A DNA stretch of 63,995 nt from Paraspadella gotoi (GCA_051294375.1 CM119266.1:21093992-21157986); one strand, 5' to 3'; positions 1 through 12,699 are shown, counted from the first letter of the stretch. Program-made: numbers and translations. The notes: generated by a model from the letters alone, not told the origin.

Positions 1-29
1 TTACTTGTTTCTGTAATATCAGAAAATTG

Positions 30-202
30 ATAAACGAGACTGTGAGATAGTCTTGATTGAAAGCTTGCTGGAACCTGCTATGTCATTATCTTGTAAGAGT
101 GACGGAGGCCTTAAACCACCAAAGCCTGTCCAAAGTCAGGGGCAACATAGCTCGTTTATTAAATGAATGGATAACTTTTATATTGGTTGTACCAATTTCA
201 TA
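30..202 (+). mobile_element. Family A short retroelement-like repeat, 5'-truncated copy
   Basis: Same sequence (aaacgagactgtgag...ttggttgtaccaatttcata) recurs at about 11 positions in the window. Confidence 0.85.
87..150 (+). ncRNA. P5-type twister ribozyme motif, family A
   Basis: tatcttgt(P5)-aa-gagt(P2)-GA-cgg(T1)-aggcct(P1 palindrome)-TAA-acc(P2)-ACC-aaa-G-cctg(P4)-T-cca(T1)-AAGT-cagg(P4)-g-ggcaacata(P5). One T1 mismatch in this copy; other copies have tgg. Confidence 0.7.
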
Positions 203-1007
203 ATCATAATTTAAAGTAATAACTTTTGTTAAAGAAAACCATTTTAAATTCAGTACTTTATATTTATAATCATATTCTTAATAACATCTTAACTTTCTGG
301 CAATTTCCTTTCCCTCAACATCCCTTCAGAATCAACCCCCCGCTCCGCTCCCCCTCTCTCCCCCAATTCCTTTGTCCTCTCTTCTTCCTCCCCCCCTCCA
401 CCCGCCCCCCTTTTTTTTTTCAGAAGATTCACACCAATTTCCCGCGTTTTGGTGGTGGTAGGGTGGGATGGTGAAATGGTGAGCGACGAGCGGTGAACGN
501 NNNNNNNNNNNNNNNNNNNNNNNNCGTCGTTCGTCTCACCTTCGAATGATTTAAACCTCTTCACCGTGACTCGCGCCTATTGATCTTTTTTTTTTCGCGG
601 GTCCACCAGCCACTTCACCATCACCGACCGCTTTTCCGCTTCGTCACCCATCCCTGCTCCTTACCCTTACCCCCCTATTTTTTGTCGCACGTATGAAGCG
701 TTCCACCGCTCGTCGCTCACACATTTTCACCATCCCCACCCTACCCACCGACCAAAACGCGGGAAATTGGGTGTGAATCTTCTGAAAAAAAAAAAGGGGG
801 GCGGGTTGAGGGGGGGACGGAAGAAGAGAGAAAGGAATTTGGGGGAGTAGAGGGGGAGCGTTGAGCGCGGGGTTGATTCTGAAGGGATGTTGAGGGAAAG
901 GAAATTGCCAGAAAGTTCAAGATGTTATTAAGGAGATATGTTATAAATATAAAGTACTGAATTTAAATGGTTTTCTTTAACAAAGTTATTGACTTTTAAA
1001 TTATGAT

Positions 1008-1130
1008 TATGAAATTGGTACAACCAATTAAAAGTTATCCATTCATTTAATAAACGAGCTATGGTGCCCCTGACTTTGGACAGGTTTTGGTTGGTTTAAG
1101 GCTCCGTCACTCTTACAAGATAATGACACT
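1008..1130 (-). mobile_element. Family A copy (twister motif ~1060-1122), interrupted by a family B insertion and continuing at 1878-1920
   Basis: Reverse complement of 75-202; the rest of the element resumes after 1877. Confidence 0.8.
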
Positions 1131-1242
1131 AGCGGATAAGGAAAGGATATTGATATTAGGATTAAGTGCGCTATCTGTTGGGTCTTGAAGATGACTGTCC
1201 GTAACTTCTATAACCCCCTCTAGCAGCTCAATGGGATTTCTG

Positions 1243-1322
1243 TGTGTTCCTGGGCTTGAACCAGCTTGAGGGTTTGGCCATTGCACCCAAGGCCGGCTTA
1301 CGGCCGTCCTCACGCTTCCCGC
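1243..1322 (-). ncRNA. P5-type twister ribozyme motif, family B, noisy copy
   Basis: Minus strand gcggg-aa-gcgt-GA-gga-cggccg-TAA-gccg-GCC...ccctcaa-G-ctgg-ttcaagc-ccagg; predicted U/A cut at 1300/1299. Confidence 0.6.
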
Positions 1323-1666
1323 AGGGTAGGTACCGGGTTTCGGGATTGAACCCGGTACTAGTGGTCATGAGCTGATGGCTTTACTGCAATGAGCCACCGG
1401 GTACAACTGAAAGTGTTATGGATTCTAGGCAGGGTGAACGTAGGCAATGCCCGACTACATGCCCCCAGATTGTAACCCCACCCTGCACTGCCTTTCCAGT
1501 TTGGAGGGAGGGGAAGCAATCTTCAGCTAGACCAAGGCCTGGAATCAGAAGGTTGGAATACACGGTTCAACAGGAATGGGCTCACGCAGTGTGGATAAGG
1601 CAGCTAACGTGGGCTGAAGATGACTGTCTGTAACTTCTATAAACCCCCCTCTAGCAGCCATGGAAA

Positions 1667-1746
1667 TGGGTCCCTTGGGCTTGGAACAAGGCTTGAGGGT
1701 TTGCCATGCCCCAAGGCCCGCTTACGGCCGTCCTCACGCTTCCCGC
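1667..1746 (-). ncRNA. P5-type twister ribozyme motif, family B, second tandem copy
   Basis: Minus strand gcggg-aa-gcgt-GA-gga-cggccg-TAA-gcgg-GCC-ttggggcatggcaaaccctcaa-G-ccttg-T-tcc-AAGC-ccaagg; predicted cut at 1724/1723. Confidence 0.6.
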
Positions 1747-2256
1747 AGGGTAGTACGGTTTGGGATTGAACGCGGTCCTAGTGTCATAGCTGATGCTTTA
1801 CTCAATAAGCCACCGGGTCACAACTGAAAGTGTCATGAATTCTAGGCAGGGTGAACCTAGGCAATGCCCGACTACAGTTCCAGCAAGCTTTCAATCAAGA
1901 CTATCTCACAGTCTCGTTTAAATCAATTTTCTGATATACAGAAACAAGTAATCTTGTAACATTGGTAAAGATCTCAAAGGGGATAGGATTATAGGAGGCG
2001 AGTCAGGGTCGATTTGAGGAATGGTGAGGGAAGAGACGGAAAGCAGGCGGAAACGTTGGAAAGCGAGGTGGGAAAGCGATGGGGAAGGCGATGTGGAGGC
2101 GATGGTGCAAAACTTCTCACTCGCATCGACCAATTTTTTTCTTCAAAAATCCTTTTCTTCGTCAGAAGATGAATTTATGTTTTTCTTTTTCATATTCTTT
2201 CACAGACGCCGTCGCTTATCTTGTGTGCCGTCTGTAAAGAGAGAGAGAGAGAAGAG

Positions 2257-2307
<51 letters not shown>

Positions 2308-2832
2308 AGAGGAGATGGCCCCGCGGATTCAATAAAGCTTGAATGAGGGATAATTTTTCATCGAATCTGCTTCGCCACCTCGATCTTCCCGCGTTGTTCT
2401 TTTGGTCGTCGAGAACGTCATGGACAAGAATCTCAGAATGCGTCACTCATTCTTCTTTTTATTTTCCTTAAGAAAAAAAAACACGAAAATATTGAAAAAC
2501 GTTTTAATCATTTGGGAAGAAAAAAATATCTCGCCTTTCCTGAAAGACCCGGCCTGAGAGGGGGGCGTAGGGACTACTGGTATTTTTCGCATTGAGTGGA
2601 GCCTCTTGCCAAAGCGTCCAACGATTAACGACCTTGTTCTGTTGGTGCCGATGAATCATTGCTTTCCGCATTATGTCGTGAAGAACGCACACACCAAGCG
2701 TAAAACACATTAAACTCTTAAATTATACTAATTTTGAACAAAATAAAATTTTGAACGAAAAAAAAATTAAATCATGGAATTTCGATTTCGGATTCAATCG
2801 TCCAATTGTTTCGCCCCTCTCTCCTCTCTCCT

Positions 2833-2863
<31 letters not shown>

Positions 2864-3559
2864 CTCTTCTTCGTCTCTCTCATCTCTTCTCTCTTCTCAT
2901 CTCTCTCTCTCTCGCCCCTCCTGAAATTCGTCTTATTCATACCTTTCCTCTACCTTTTTTCTTAGTACCTCACCATTTGTCGAATTTAATTCATGAATTC
3001 TCTCTTCATCTTACTTATCTGAATTCCACCGCCCCTTACCGCTCTAATATGTGGCATCAGCCTTACTTAATCCCTTCATCTCAGCCACCCCCGTCCCCTC
3101 CTTTCTCCCTCCCCCCCCCCCCCCTCTCCGTGACCATCTACGCTATCCATCATTTCCTCTAGACTCATCTCCTCCCTCAATCTCTCCTCTCTTCTCTCCT
3201 CCAAATTTTAGTCACTCTCGCTTTTTGAGAATCCAATCAGAGACTCCCGATTATCTTCTTATCCAATCGTCGGCTCGAGGACCTTGTCTCTAGTTCCACC
3301 AATGACTTACGCTGTTACGTAAAACGGGACCCAATGATATATCACGCTCCGAGAACTAATATGCGTCCGCTCGACCTCGCTCGAGATGGTCAGCACGATT
3401 ACCGCGCCCCAGAACCCTTTCTCCCAGCTATAATTTTTCAATTGAGCAGTTATTGTTCTTTTTCTATCTCGCCGCCCATCCTTTTCCCGACTCCCTTCTC
3501 TATAACTCTCCATTCCCTCAACAGCCACTCTCTCTCTCTCTCTTCCACTTTGACAAGCA

Positions 3560-3860
3560 GACGATATTCGTCCTTGACGAACGACATTGCGTATTCAAAC
3601 CTAGCGAACCGCCTTTAGCGAACCGCCCTTTCGACCGGCGGTCAATTGAAGGCAAGGCGGATAAACGGGCGAAGAGGGAGCTGGCGTCGGAAGGGGCTTA
3701 TCGAAAATATGTTGAAATAAATTACGTACGAAGAAGAGGAAGAAAAGATAAGGCGTCTCTCGCGAGGCCAGATAATACGCGGATAAATGCGGGGTATATA
3801 TGGGGCAATGGGGAGTTGGAAGCTGGAATCGTTTGTCCGACATCAGTGGCAGGGCTTTTC
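3560..3860 (+). other. Possible coding exon of an unidentified gene
   Basis: Higher-GC, non-repetitive, about 100 open codons (TIFVLDERHCVFKP...WGNGELEAGIVCP) after a pyrimidine tract and cag. No recognisable domain. Confidence 0.2.
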
Positions 3861-4261
3861 AATTATCTCTCTTTTCTTCTTTACTTGAAACTTTTATGTA
3901 ATTGTAAAGCAATTGTAACTCGTAAACGTAATGTAACGTTTTAAATGAATTGTTTATTTTTTTATTTTTTCCTACTTCATATTTATTTATTTTATTTTTT
4001 TATTATTGTTTTTATTTAGAATATTTCTATGCGTGCTTTGCTTGCATTGCTTCTTTCCTCTGCTTTATCATCTGGCCGAAAGCCTCGGCTCGTAAAAGAT
4101 TCGACTACAATCCGGACGTAGAATTCAATTCCTCAATATGAGAAAACGCCGTCCTCTCCCCGGATGCAGTTGGATTTCCACCAAACTCATTCCCGTTCTT
4201 ATCCCTCCTTCTTCCCGCTTTCCAGTCACAAATTTCGCTTATGAAATTGGACGTGCTCCGA

Positions 4262-4398
4262 GATCACGTGATCACGTTCTCGCGATTCCCCGTTCGGACG
4301 AAGAGTGACGTCACGAAGAACCGTCAATCACGTGAGGTAATTGATTGGGTGGAATCTGGGATTAGGTGGCGCTGATCTGGGTGGCGCTGATTGGGTGG
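4262..4398. promoter_or_regulatory. Promoter-like motif cluster
   Basis: TCACGTGA at 4264 and 4328, TGACGTCA at 4306, ATTGG (reverse CCAAT) at 4344 and 4390, in a CpG-rich patch. Confidence 0.45.
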
Positions 4399-4778
4399 AT
4401 CTTCAATATCTCTCCTCTCCCGGTCGAAGGGCTTAAGTGAAAACGTTTCCTTAAGTTTCGTAAACAGTTCGTTGTGATTTGTTCGCGAAAGTTGAGCGGG
4501 AAAAAATGCTAAGTTTTTGAAAAATTGAAAATACGGGCCGGCGGCTGAAAGGTCTTCGGCGAAAAGAAAAGAAAAAAAAGAAAAAAGAAAAAAAAAAAAA
4601 AGAAAAGAAAAAAGCGCTCCATAATAGTATTTTTTCCCCCAAATTTTTTTTTTCTTAAATTGCTGCCTCAAATCCGGCGCTCCGCCCTAGCATCTCGTTT
4701 TTGCCCTCATTCAAACAAAATAAAACAAAAAAATTGCTCGCTCTTCTCTCTCTCTCTCGTCCGCGTCTCTCTCTCTCA

Positions 4779-4817
<39 letters not shown>

Positions 4818-5226
4818 TTTGACGCGAAGAGAGAGAGAGAGTTTATGCGATTTCGTTGCAGAGTTTTTGGGCAACGATCGTCGTCCCCGTGACGCCGCTC
4901 TCCGCTCTCCGCGGCGCGCCGGAATCATGAGTTATGACAGTCGTCATACGTCGTCGTCGTCCGGTCGTCGCCTGTCGTTATGAATTGACGTCTAACGTCG
5001 ACGCGGGTGACGTGCCGAGAATGACCCCGAGGGACTCTAAATCAATGGCCAACATGTGGACACTTGTCTACACGGGGCTGTTGGAGAGTTGACGTGGGGC
5101 GAGGAGAGTGATCGAGGCGGTTGGGAGTGAAGAGGGCGAATAGGGGTGATACGTCGAGAGTTGAGGGAGTTTCAAAACGGTGGGGTGGAGTTAAATCATA
5201 GAAGTTGAGTGTCAGGAAGTGATGGT

Positions 5227-5733
5227 GACACTATAAGGAGCTTAGTAGGGTGGATGAAAGGAAAATATCACAGGGGCCTCGGCTATGCGACGAGCGCAGA
5301 AACGACTACAACTATAAGAAGCTTAGTAGGGTGATTGACGGAAAATATGCCAGGGCCTTCGACTATCAAGCAGAACGACTACACGATAAGAGCTTAGTAG
5401 GAGTGGATGAACGGAAAATATCACAGGGCCTCGCTATCCAAGCCAGAGACGACACATATAAGAGGCTTAGTAGGGTGGATGACGGAAAAATATCACAGGC
5501 CGTCGCTATCTGAGCCCAGAACGACTACACTATAAAGAGCTTAGTAGGGTGGATGACGGAAAATATCACAGGGCCTCCTATCGAGCCAGAACGACTACAC
5601 TATAAGAGCTTAGTAGGGTGGATGACGGAAAATATCACAGGGCCTTGCTATCGAGCCAGAACGACTACACTATAAGAGCTTAGTAGGGTGGATGAACGGA
5701 AAATATCACAGGGCTCGCTATCGAGCCAGAACG
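5227..5733. repeat. Minisatellite, ~70 bp unit, ~7 copies
   Basis: Unit acgactacactataagagcttagtagggtggatgacggaaaatatcacagggc(c)tcgctatcgagccaga; starts at 5521, 5591 and 5661 are 70 bp apart. Confidence 0.95.
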
Positions 5734-6467
5734 CACCGGTGAGTTGTGTTGAGACGAGGGCTGTTGATTAAGAATGGCGGGAAACAATCGAATTTTGTTT
5801 GGTATAAATTTTTTAAGAGATTATCATCATCGATTGTTTCAAAAGACCGAAATAATTAAACTATTATTTTACTTGTTTGAATGCTATTTTAAAATTGGTT
5901 TAAAAAGAATAAAAAAATGCCCATGGCTACGGGTACAATTAAGAACTTCTGTCAATAATGTCAAAAATTTACGGGGAATCAGAGGTGGTTCCCATCCGTC
6001 GGATTCCCTCAACCGCACAATTCGTTCTTTTTCATTCTTTTTTCTATTTTTAAAATTTTCTCTTCCTCCTTTCCTCTCCTCCTCCGTTCCCCCCCCACCG
6101 CCCCCCCTTCGCCTCCCTTCAGAGGACGTCCTCCAAAAGGCATAACCATCGATTCCACCCAAATCCTTTTCATCAATTCCACGGTCGCAAACGACGCCAG
6201 TAAAAATGATCCCGCACCAGTTTTGCCAAGTATTAGTTTTTGTCAGAATCGCTTCAAAGATTTTATAACGATCCCTCCTCCTCCCCTTCCTCTTCTCTTC
6301 CTCCTCCTTCTCCTCCTCCCTCGATTTTTATCCTCGCCGTATTCTTTCACCCCTTTCGGTCGTCGTTGTTGTTGCTGTTGTCGAGAGGCTTTTGTTTTTT
6401 TTCATTTCCCTTTTTATTTTTTTCCACCATGGTGGGTATTTTGTGGAGTCTTCCGCCTGTTCTCTCT

Positions 6468-6538
<71 letters not shown>

Positions 6539-6917
6539 CTCTCTCCTGTTTACAAACAAACAAAAACATGCAAACCGGACCCGAGAGCCATATCTCTTTC
6601 CGCGTACATCTCCAAATATATTCCCACTAAAATATATTCACTTTCAGAAATAAAACAAAATTTCCTTCTCCGAAAAATAGAATCACGAATTCTCGGTAAA
6701 TCTTGATTGTGAATTGGAAGCCTTCGCTTTTCCGAAGTGAGGTCACGCACCAAAACCGTTTCTCTCACCCCCGCCACCCCGACGCCCCCACTCCCGTCAC
6801 AACCTCAAAGCCGCATTCTCTCTGTTGGCGTATAAATCGTCGTCGCATGGGAATGACTGATTTTAAGCGTATTATACGCGAGTTAATCTCCGATGGCGGT
6901 TTACGAGGCCGGACGAA

Positions 6918-6954
6918 GGCGGCGGCGGTGGCGCGGCGGCGGTGGCGGGCGGCT

Positions 6955-6988
<34 letters not shown>
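6918..6988. repeat. (GGC)n microsatellite
   Basis: Directly visible; similar runs at 9112-9149, 10069-10089, 44753-44810 and 50753-50811. Confidence 0.95.
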
Positions 6989-6990
<2 letters not shown>

Positions 6991-7998
6991 ATGGGGTGAT
7001 GTAGAGGTGACGTGCCCATTAAAAAAAAAAAGGAGCGGCGAAGGCGGATGTAGGGTGGACGTTCGCTCGTGTGGGGCTCTGTATTTCGGCTGCTCGGACT
7101 TAATTCACGCCTTTATGATTATGAATGCAGTGAGAGACAGGAGAAAGAGAGAGAGAAAAAAATGTCCCGTCGAATATCCTAATTCGATATCTGAGAAAGA
7201 TTGTGGACTTGTGTGTTGCTGCCATTCAAAATTGGAAAGAAAAAAATGATTGACACCTTTCGTGTCTTTTAGTTTAAACAGGTTATATTTTGTCAAAATG
7301 CCTAAAGGGTGACAGGACTCAGGAGGCTTTCGAAACAAATTTTAAAATTTGTTAACACTTGTGACATCCCCCCTCGGCCGTTGAAATATTTTACCGATAC
7401 CTTTTTACTTTTCTTTTTGACAATGCACATTTGGAAAAATTTTTGTTTCTCTCTCGAAAAAAAAACACCTCCGTTATTTTTCAGTAAAAATTAACAAGAA
7501 TAATTGAAGTTGAAATAAACTAAAATGTAAAGCAATGTTAAATTGGAAAAACTCATGATAACGAAAAAGAATAAAAGAATTTGGTTGAAGACGCAACAAA
7601 AAAGGAGGAAAGATAATACCGGGTAATAATAAAATAATAATAAATAAATAGATAATAATAAAGGTAATAGCGGGTGGATCGGGAAAAGGTGCGGCGACAA
7701 AAAGAAAGGAAATTATCGATGAACCTCGTTATCTCTTTCTTTTTTTCTTTCTTTCTTTTTTGACGCAACGCGTTTTTCGCTTTACGACCTCATTAAAATT
7801 ATTTTACTGGGTAAGATAATGTTTATTGGGAAGCGCAGGGAGGGCTTAATTTGATTAGGAATTTTCGGGTAAAGTGGTTTTTTTTTTTTTTTTTTTCGTA
7901 AGGAGTTGTTGTAATACGTTTTTCGTATTCGCTGGTAGGAATAAAAAATTTGGGTTGGGGCAGAGTAATGTCGACGTGCCTTTGCTGGTTTAATGTCT

Positions 7999-8085
<87 letters not shown>

Positions 8086-8198
8086 AGAAGTTTTTTCGAA
8101 GATGTTACGCTTCTATAGATTTTCCATTAAGTGGGGCCTTTTTTTTTCTTTTTCCTCCCTCTTTCATACGTTTGAATCTTCTTTTTAAAGAGAGAATG

Positions 8199-8231
<33 letters not shown>

Positions 8232-8801
8232 AGATATGAGAGGGACGGGAGAGAGGGAGAGAGGAGAGAGATGAAGGAGAAGAAGAGAGAGAGAGAGAGA
8301 GAGAAGAGATAAAAAGGAGATCGATAGAGACAGTAGACAAAGAGACAGACCGTGTCGTCAGATGCGTAACCGTTATGGGCGAAAGTTTGCACACATAACC
8401 CGCGACCTTCCGACGGCGACCGGACCATCAAAGCCAATATTCCGATGACAAGAATCGTGATCGGATCATGGTTGGGGGTGGTTGTGAGGGTAGCTGTGAG
8501 GGTGGTCTGTGGAAGGTGGTTGTGGCGTGGCAGTGGAGGGTAATTATTGATGGAGTTTCTCGTTATATCAAGCGAGGACCTAAAGATGTTGTTATAACGT
8601 ACAACGTCGGTTAAAATGCTTAGTATAATACTTGTGTCTATTCGGGTAGGAAAGTGAAACAGGATGTTAACAATTTTTTTTGTTTTGCGGAAAACTTTTT
8701 ATTACATTATATTATTACATTACACTTTTTAAAAAGTTCGCGCCCGAAACTCCTTTTTCAGTTTTGACGGGGTGTAAGTGATACATAAACCAAGCCGTTT
8801 T

Positions 8802-8805
<4 letters not shown>

Positions 8806-8849
<44 letters not shown>

Positions 8850-8888
8850 AAATCTCTCTCTCTTTCTCTTTCTCTCTCTCTTCTCTCT

Positions 8889-8987
<99 letters not shown>

Positions 8988-8992
8988 CTTCT
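8806..8992. repeat. (CT)n microsatellite, representative of dozens of AG/CT runs in the window
   Basis: Directly visible; these runs generate the SLSL/RERE ORFs in the track. Confidence 0.95.
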
Positions 8993-9111
8993 CACTCGCG
9001 AGAAAAGGATATAAAACGGTGTGATATAGAAAGCGTACTGTTCCCCGGGGATCGGGATTGCGTCGACCTTAAAGGCCCTTAAACGCGGCGATGGCGTCTT
9101 TTCACGCCGCA

Positions 9112-9150
<39 letters not shown>

Positions 9151-9661
9151 TCCCCTCGAATGACGCCGCCCCAGCTTCTCTGCAGGCGCCGGCGCCGCAG
9201 CCCTCGTCGCCCTTACATCCTTTTGGAGGATTGCAGCGCCCCTTTCGGCGAAACAAAAAAAAGCGATTAAATTTTCAACGTCGCGAATGCATACTACGAA
9301 ATATTCGTTGCTAAATGTGATATTGTAGATTAATCTACATTTAATGTCAAAAGATTTACGGTTAAGGAAACATCAGAAAGTAGAAAATAGTAAAACCAAA
9401 AAATAGAAACAATAAAAAGAAGTAAAATCTGAAGAATAAAAAAAGCAAAAAAAAAAACAACAAAAAACAAACTGTAAATTGGCACGACGACGACGACGAC
9501 GATGTCGACGCAAGCAAAGACGAGATTCACAGAGAAATAATCGCGATGTTGATGACGACATGATGACGACGATGACGATGACGTAATAATCGCCGTGACG
9601 GCAATGAAGGAAAAATTAATGTTTGATGTAGACGCGAGCCTTACGAGATTAAATATAGTCA

Positions 9662-9740
9662 TGTGGCGAATCCTAAATTCGCCTCCCGTACAGCTTGGTT
9701 AAACTCGGCTCGTCCCATTGGCTTGGACAGCTCAGTACTC
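9662..9740. repeat. Fragment related to the left end of family C
   Basis: tgtggcgaatcctaaattcgcctcccgta...gcttggacagctcagtact aligns with 29907-29964. Confidence 0.65.
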
Positions 9741-11888
9741 AATCAGTCTTTATTGGGCTGAACTCGGATTCAAAACGAGAGAGCATTTATTTACCATAAA
9801 ATTCTTATAAAAAATACAATAAAATAACAAGGTATACCTTTCCTTTTCGCATTCTAATCATGTCTTTCCCAATACATCAAAATCACGCTTCCCCAGCTTG
9901 CCATTCCTCAGCATATTCCACAGCAGCACAACCCCAGCCTCGTTTTACCTCAAAATAAAGGAAAAAAGGAAAAAGGAAAAGGCAGCGTTGGCTTCGCAGA
10001 GAAAGGCACCCATAACCCAGAGCCTCATTAATTTTTCCACAAAGTTTTCAAAAGTGACAGGGAGTTTCCGCCGCCGCCGCCGCCGCCGTCGCCTCTTTCG
10101 TCAGAAAACCTGGAAAATCTTCGGCGACGCCGAAACTGCTGCTGCTGCTGCCTCGACGGATGTTGCTTTCGCTGCGCCCTGCAGCTGAAGTTTAGAATGG
10201 AAGCGAAAAAAAGAAGCGACTCACTAAAATACCTGAGAGTTTATTTATAAGATGTTCAAAATTCAAAAGAAAAGGTTGAACGAAAGATGATGGGGAAAGA
10301 ACTGACTGTCATACTTTACTATTTGTACGTAAAAGTGGTTTAGATTTCAAATATAACAAATAAAATTGCTTACGGTACGTAATGATAATAAAGCAATTTT
10401 TGGTTAATCAACCTTAAGCGAGCGAGACGACAAATTCAATATATACAAGATTTTCCCGGAAATCTTCCTCCACCGTCTGACGCATTTCTTTCAGTGAAAT
10501 TAACCAAAAAGACGATGCTTTCATTTCTCACAGGCGACGAGGAAAACACTTGAATGATGAAGCGGCTTCGCAGATACAATGAAGAAAAAACCTCAGCGAA
10601 GAAAAAAAAAAAGAAAAAAAGTAAAAAACGAAATCCGGAGGGCGCATGCGCCGCTACAGCCCACCTAACGCAAAAATTGGAGGAAACAAAAAAAGAAAAG
10701 AGCATAAAAAGAGAGTTAGAGAGACGAGAGAGAGAGACGAAGAGCAGAGAGGAAACAGAGAGCAGAGACACAGACGAAGAGATCGAGAGAGCAGAGAGAG
10801 AGATCCGCAAGAGAATGCGCAGCCAGAGAAGACGAATGCGAGAGAGGATAGAGAGAGATGAGAGCAGATTTTTTCCCCTAAAGATGCCGCAAAAAAAAGA
10901 CGAAAAAACTTGATTTATGAGGCATTTTTTTGGCAGTAGCAATGAAACAGATGCAACTCGCGAAATTTTTTTTTTCGTTTCTCAGGTAAATGACGCGACG
11001 ACGCAGTTACCTCGAATCGTCGTCGTCGTCGTCGTCGTCGTCAGTGTTGTGGTTAATTATCTCGTGACACTCATTTCAGATTCTTTAATTTCTCTCCCCC
11101 ACTTTTCTTTTCGTCAGCGCCTTGTTCTCTCGCGCGTCGTAGCAGTCATTTCAAGGAATTCTTAATTTTCGCGAATTTACTTCCTTTTTCTTTCTTTTAA
11201 TTTCTCCCTTTTCTCATTTCTTTTTTCCTTTTAATTTCTCCTTCTTCTTCTTTCTTNNNNNNNNNNNNNNNNNNNNNNNNNNNNNNNNNNNNNNNNNNNN
11301 NNNNNNNNNNNNNNNNNNNNNNNNNNNNNNNNNNNNNNNNNNNNNNNNNNNNNNNNNNNNNNNNNNNNNNNNNNNNNNNNNNNNNNNNNNNNNNNNNNNN
11401 NNNNNNNNNNNNNNNNNNNNNNNTTTTTTTTTCTTGATAATGACGTCACAAATTCACGGACGCTCAACTCGAAACCGCGAATGAAGCCTCGTTTTCGATT
11501 TGAGGAAAGACGCGGCGTTAAAAGAGGGAATTATAATTCTCTAATATATTAGAGATGCCTTCGACGATCGTTAAATATTCAAATTATCGTCGGGTAGACT
11601 GAAACAATTTTAAACTTTACTGTTTCTTTCGTCAGAAGATTATCAACTTAGTCGAAACATGTCCGTTTATTTCTGATAAACTTTGCCGTAGTTACAACCA
11701 AAGCAAACGTTTTGTTTACTTCATGTTCTTTGGCATAGTGTGACGGTTTACTATGTCACTTTATAAGGGGCAATAATGGCCACCTGTAGTACCAAGATAC
11801 TGTGTAGGGAATGATTCTTTCCAAAAAATTGAAATAAAATTCAAGTAAGATTCGAATTCCATCTCTGCTCTCTTCGTATTTTAAAGAT

Positions 11889-11945
<57 letters not shown>

Positions 11946-12461
11946 AGATAAAGAAACTAAATTCCCCCTATGGAAGATAAGAAGAAGTAAGATGGGAGTA
12001 ATTTCCCGGAATGGATGAAACCAAGACATAAAATTTTTGACGTTTTGATGAATGCGAGTATCCGTCTCGTTGGTGACGAATCGAGGAAGAGGAAGAGGAA
12101 GAGGAAAGAAGATTCTCTAACGTAGGAGGAGAAATTGATAAAAATTTGAGTTTCTGTGTGAAGGAAATCTAGGTGTGGGCGAGGTTGAATGTTGTTGGGG
12201 GCCGGGTGAAAAAAAAAAACATTTTCGGAAATATTTTTGGGTTAATTAATGGTCCATGCTTCTAGAAATTATATATTTGACCAAAATTTAAAAACTACCA
12301 AAAAAATGAGTCAAATTTTTTGGAGAGTTTTATCAATGAGAAAATTTGTTGGAGCGAGACCGCGATAGAATTCTTTCAACGTATATAATATGTCAGGGTA
12401 TAATTTGGGTAATATATAATGTAAACATGTATTATTTTCTCTCCTTTTCGTGCTAGTGAAT

Positions 12462-12668
12462 TATTAGGAATTGTTTATGTTTGCCAATAACAACGATTTT
12501 TATTTACATAGTACATGTTTGTCGAACTCTCTCTCTCTCTCTCTCTTCTCTCCTTTCACTTCACCATTTTCATTATCTTTCTTCTCTGTTCTTACCTTCA
12601 CCTGTCCCTCATCTGGCCACTGTCCTTTACTCAGGCCCTTTGTTGGAAACTCTCCTCAATCTCTCTCA

Positions 12669-12699
<31 letters not shown>

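Larger units (their letters stand above)
1131..1876 (-). mobile_element. Family B element: ~1.7 head-to-tail copies of a ~424 bp GC-rich unit with tRNA-like head and twister motif
   Basis: 1186-1459 is repeated at 1615-1876. Minus strand has A-box-like ggtggctcattg and B-box ggttcaatccc (1342-1352). Absent from the homologous arm at 1-499; a third copy lies at 40559-40796. Confidence 0.8.
1..1951. repeat. Inverted duplication around N gap (1-499 is the reverse complement of ~699-1951, minus a ~745 bp insertion)
   Basis: 1-74 matches the reverse complement of 1878-1951 and 480-499 matches 699-720. The arms flank the 25-N gap at 500-524. Probably two haplotypes or an assembly artefact. Confidence 0.85.

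Noticed and set aside
1490-1625. Hammerhead or HDV-like ribozyme in family B (CTGAAGA on both strands)
   Set aside because: No stem II closed by GAAA and no HDV P1/P2 pairing was found.
5227-5733. CRISPR array or coding repeat (ORF 5250-5513)
   Set aside because: No unique spacers, eukaryotic context, and the best units are 70 bp, not a multiple of 3.
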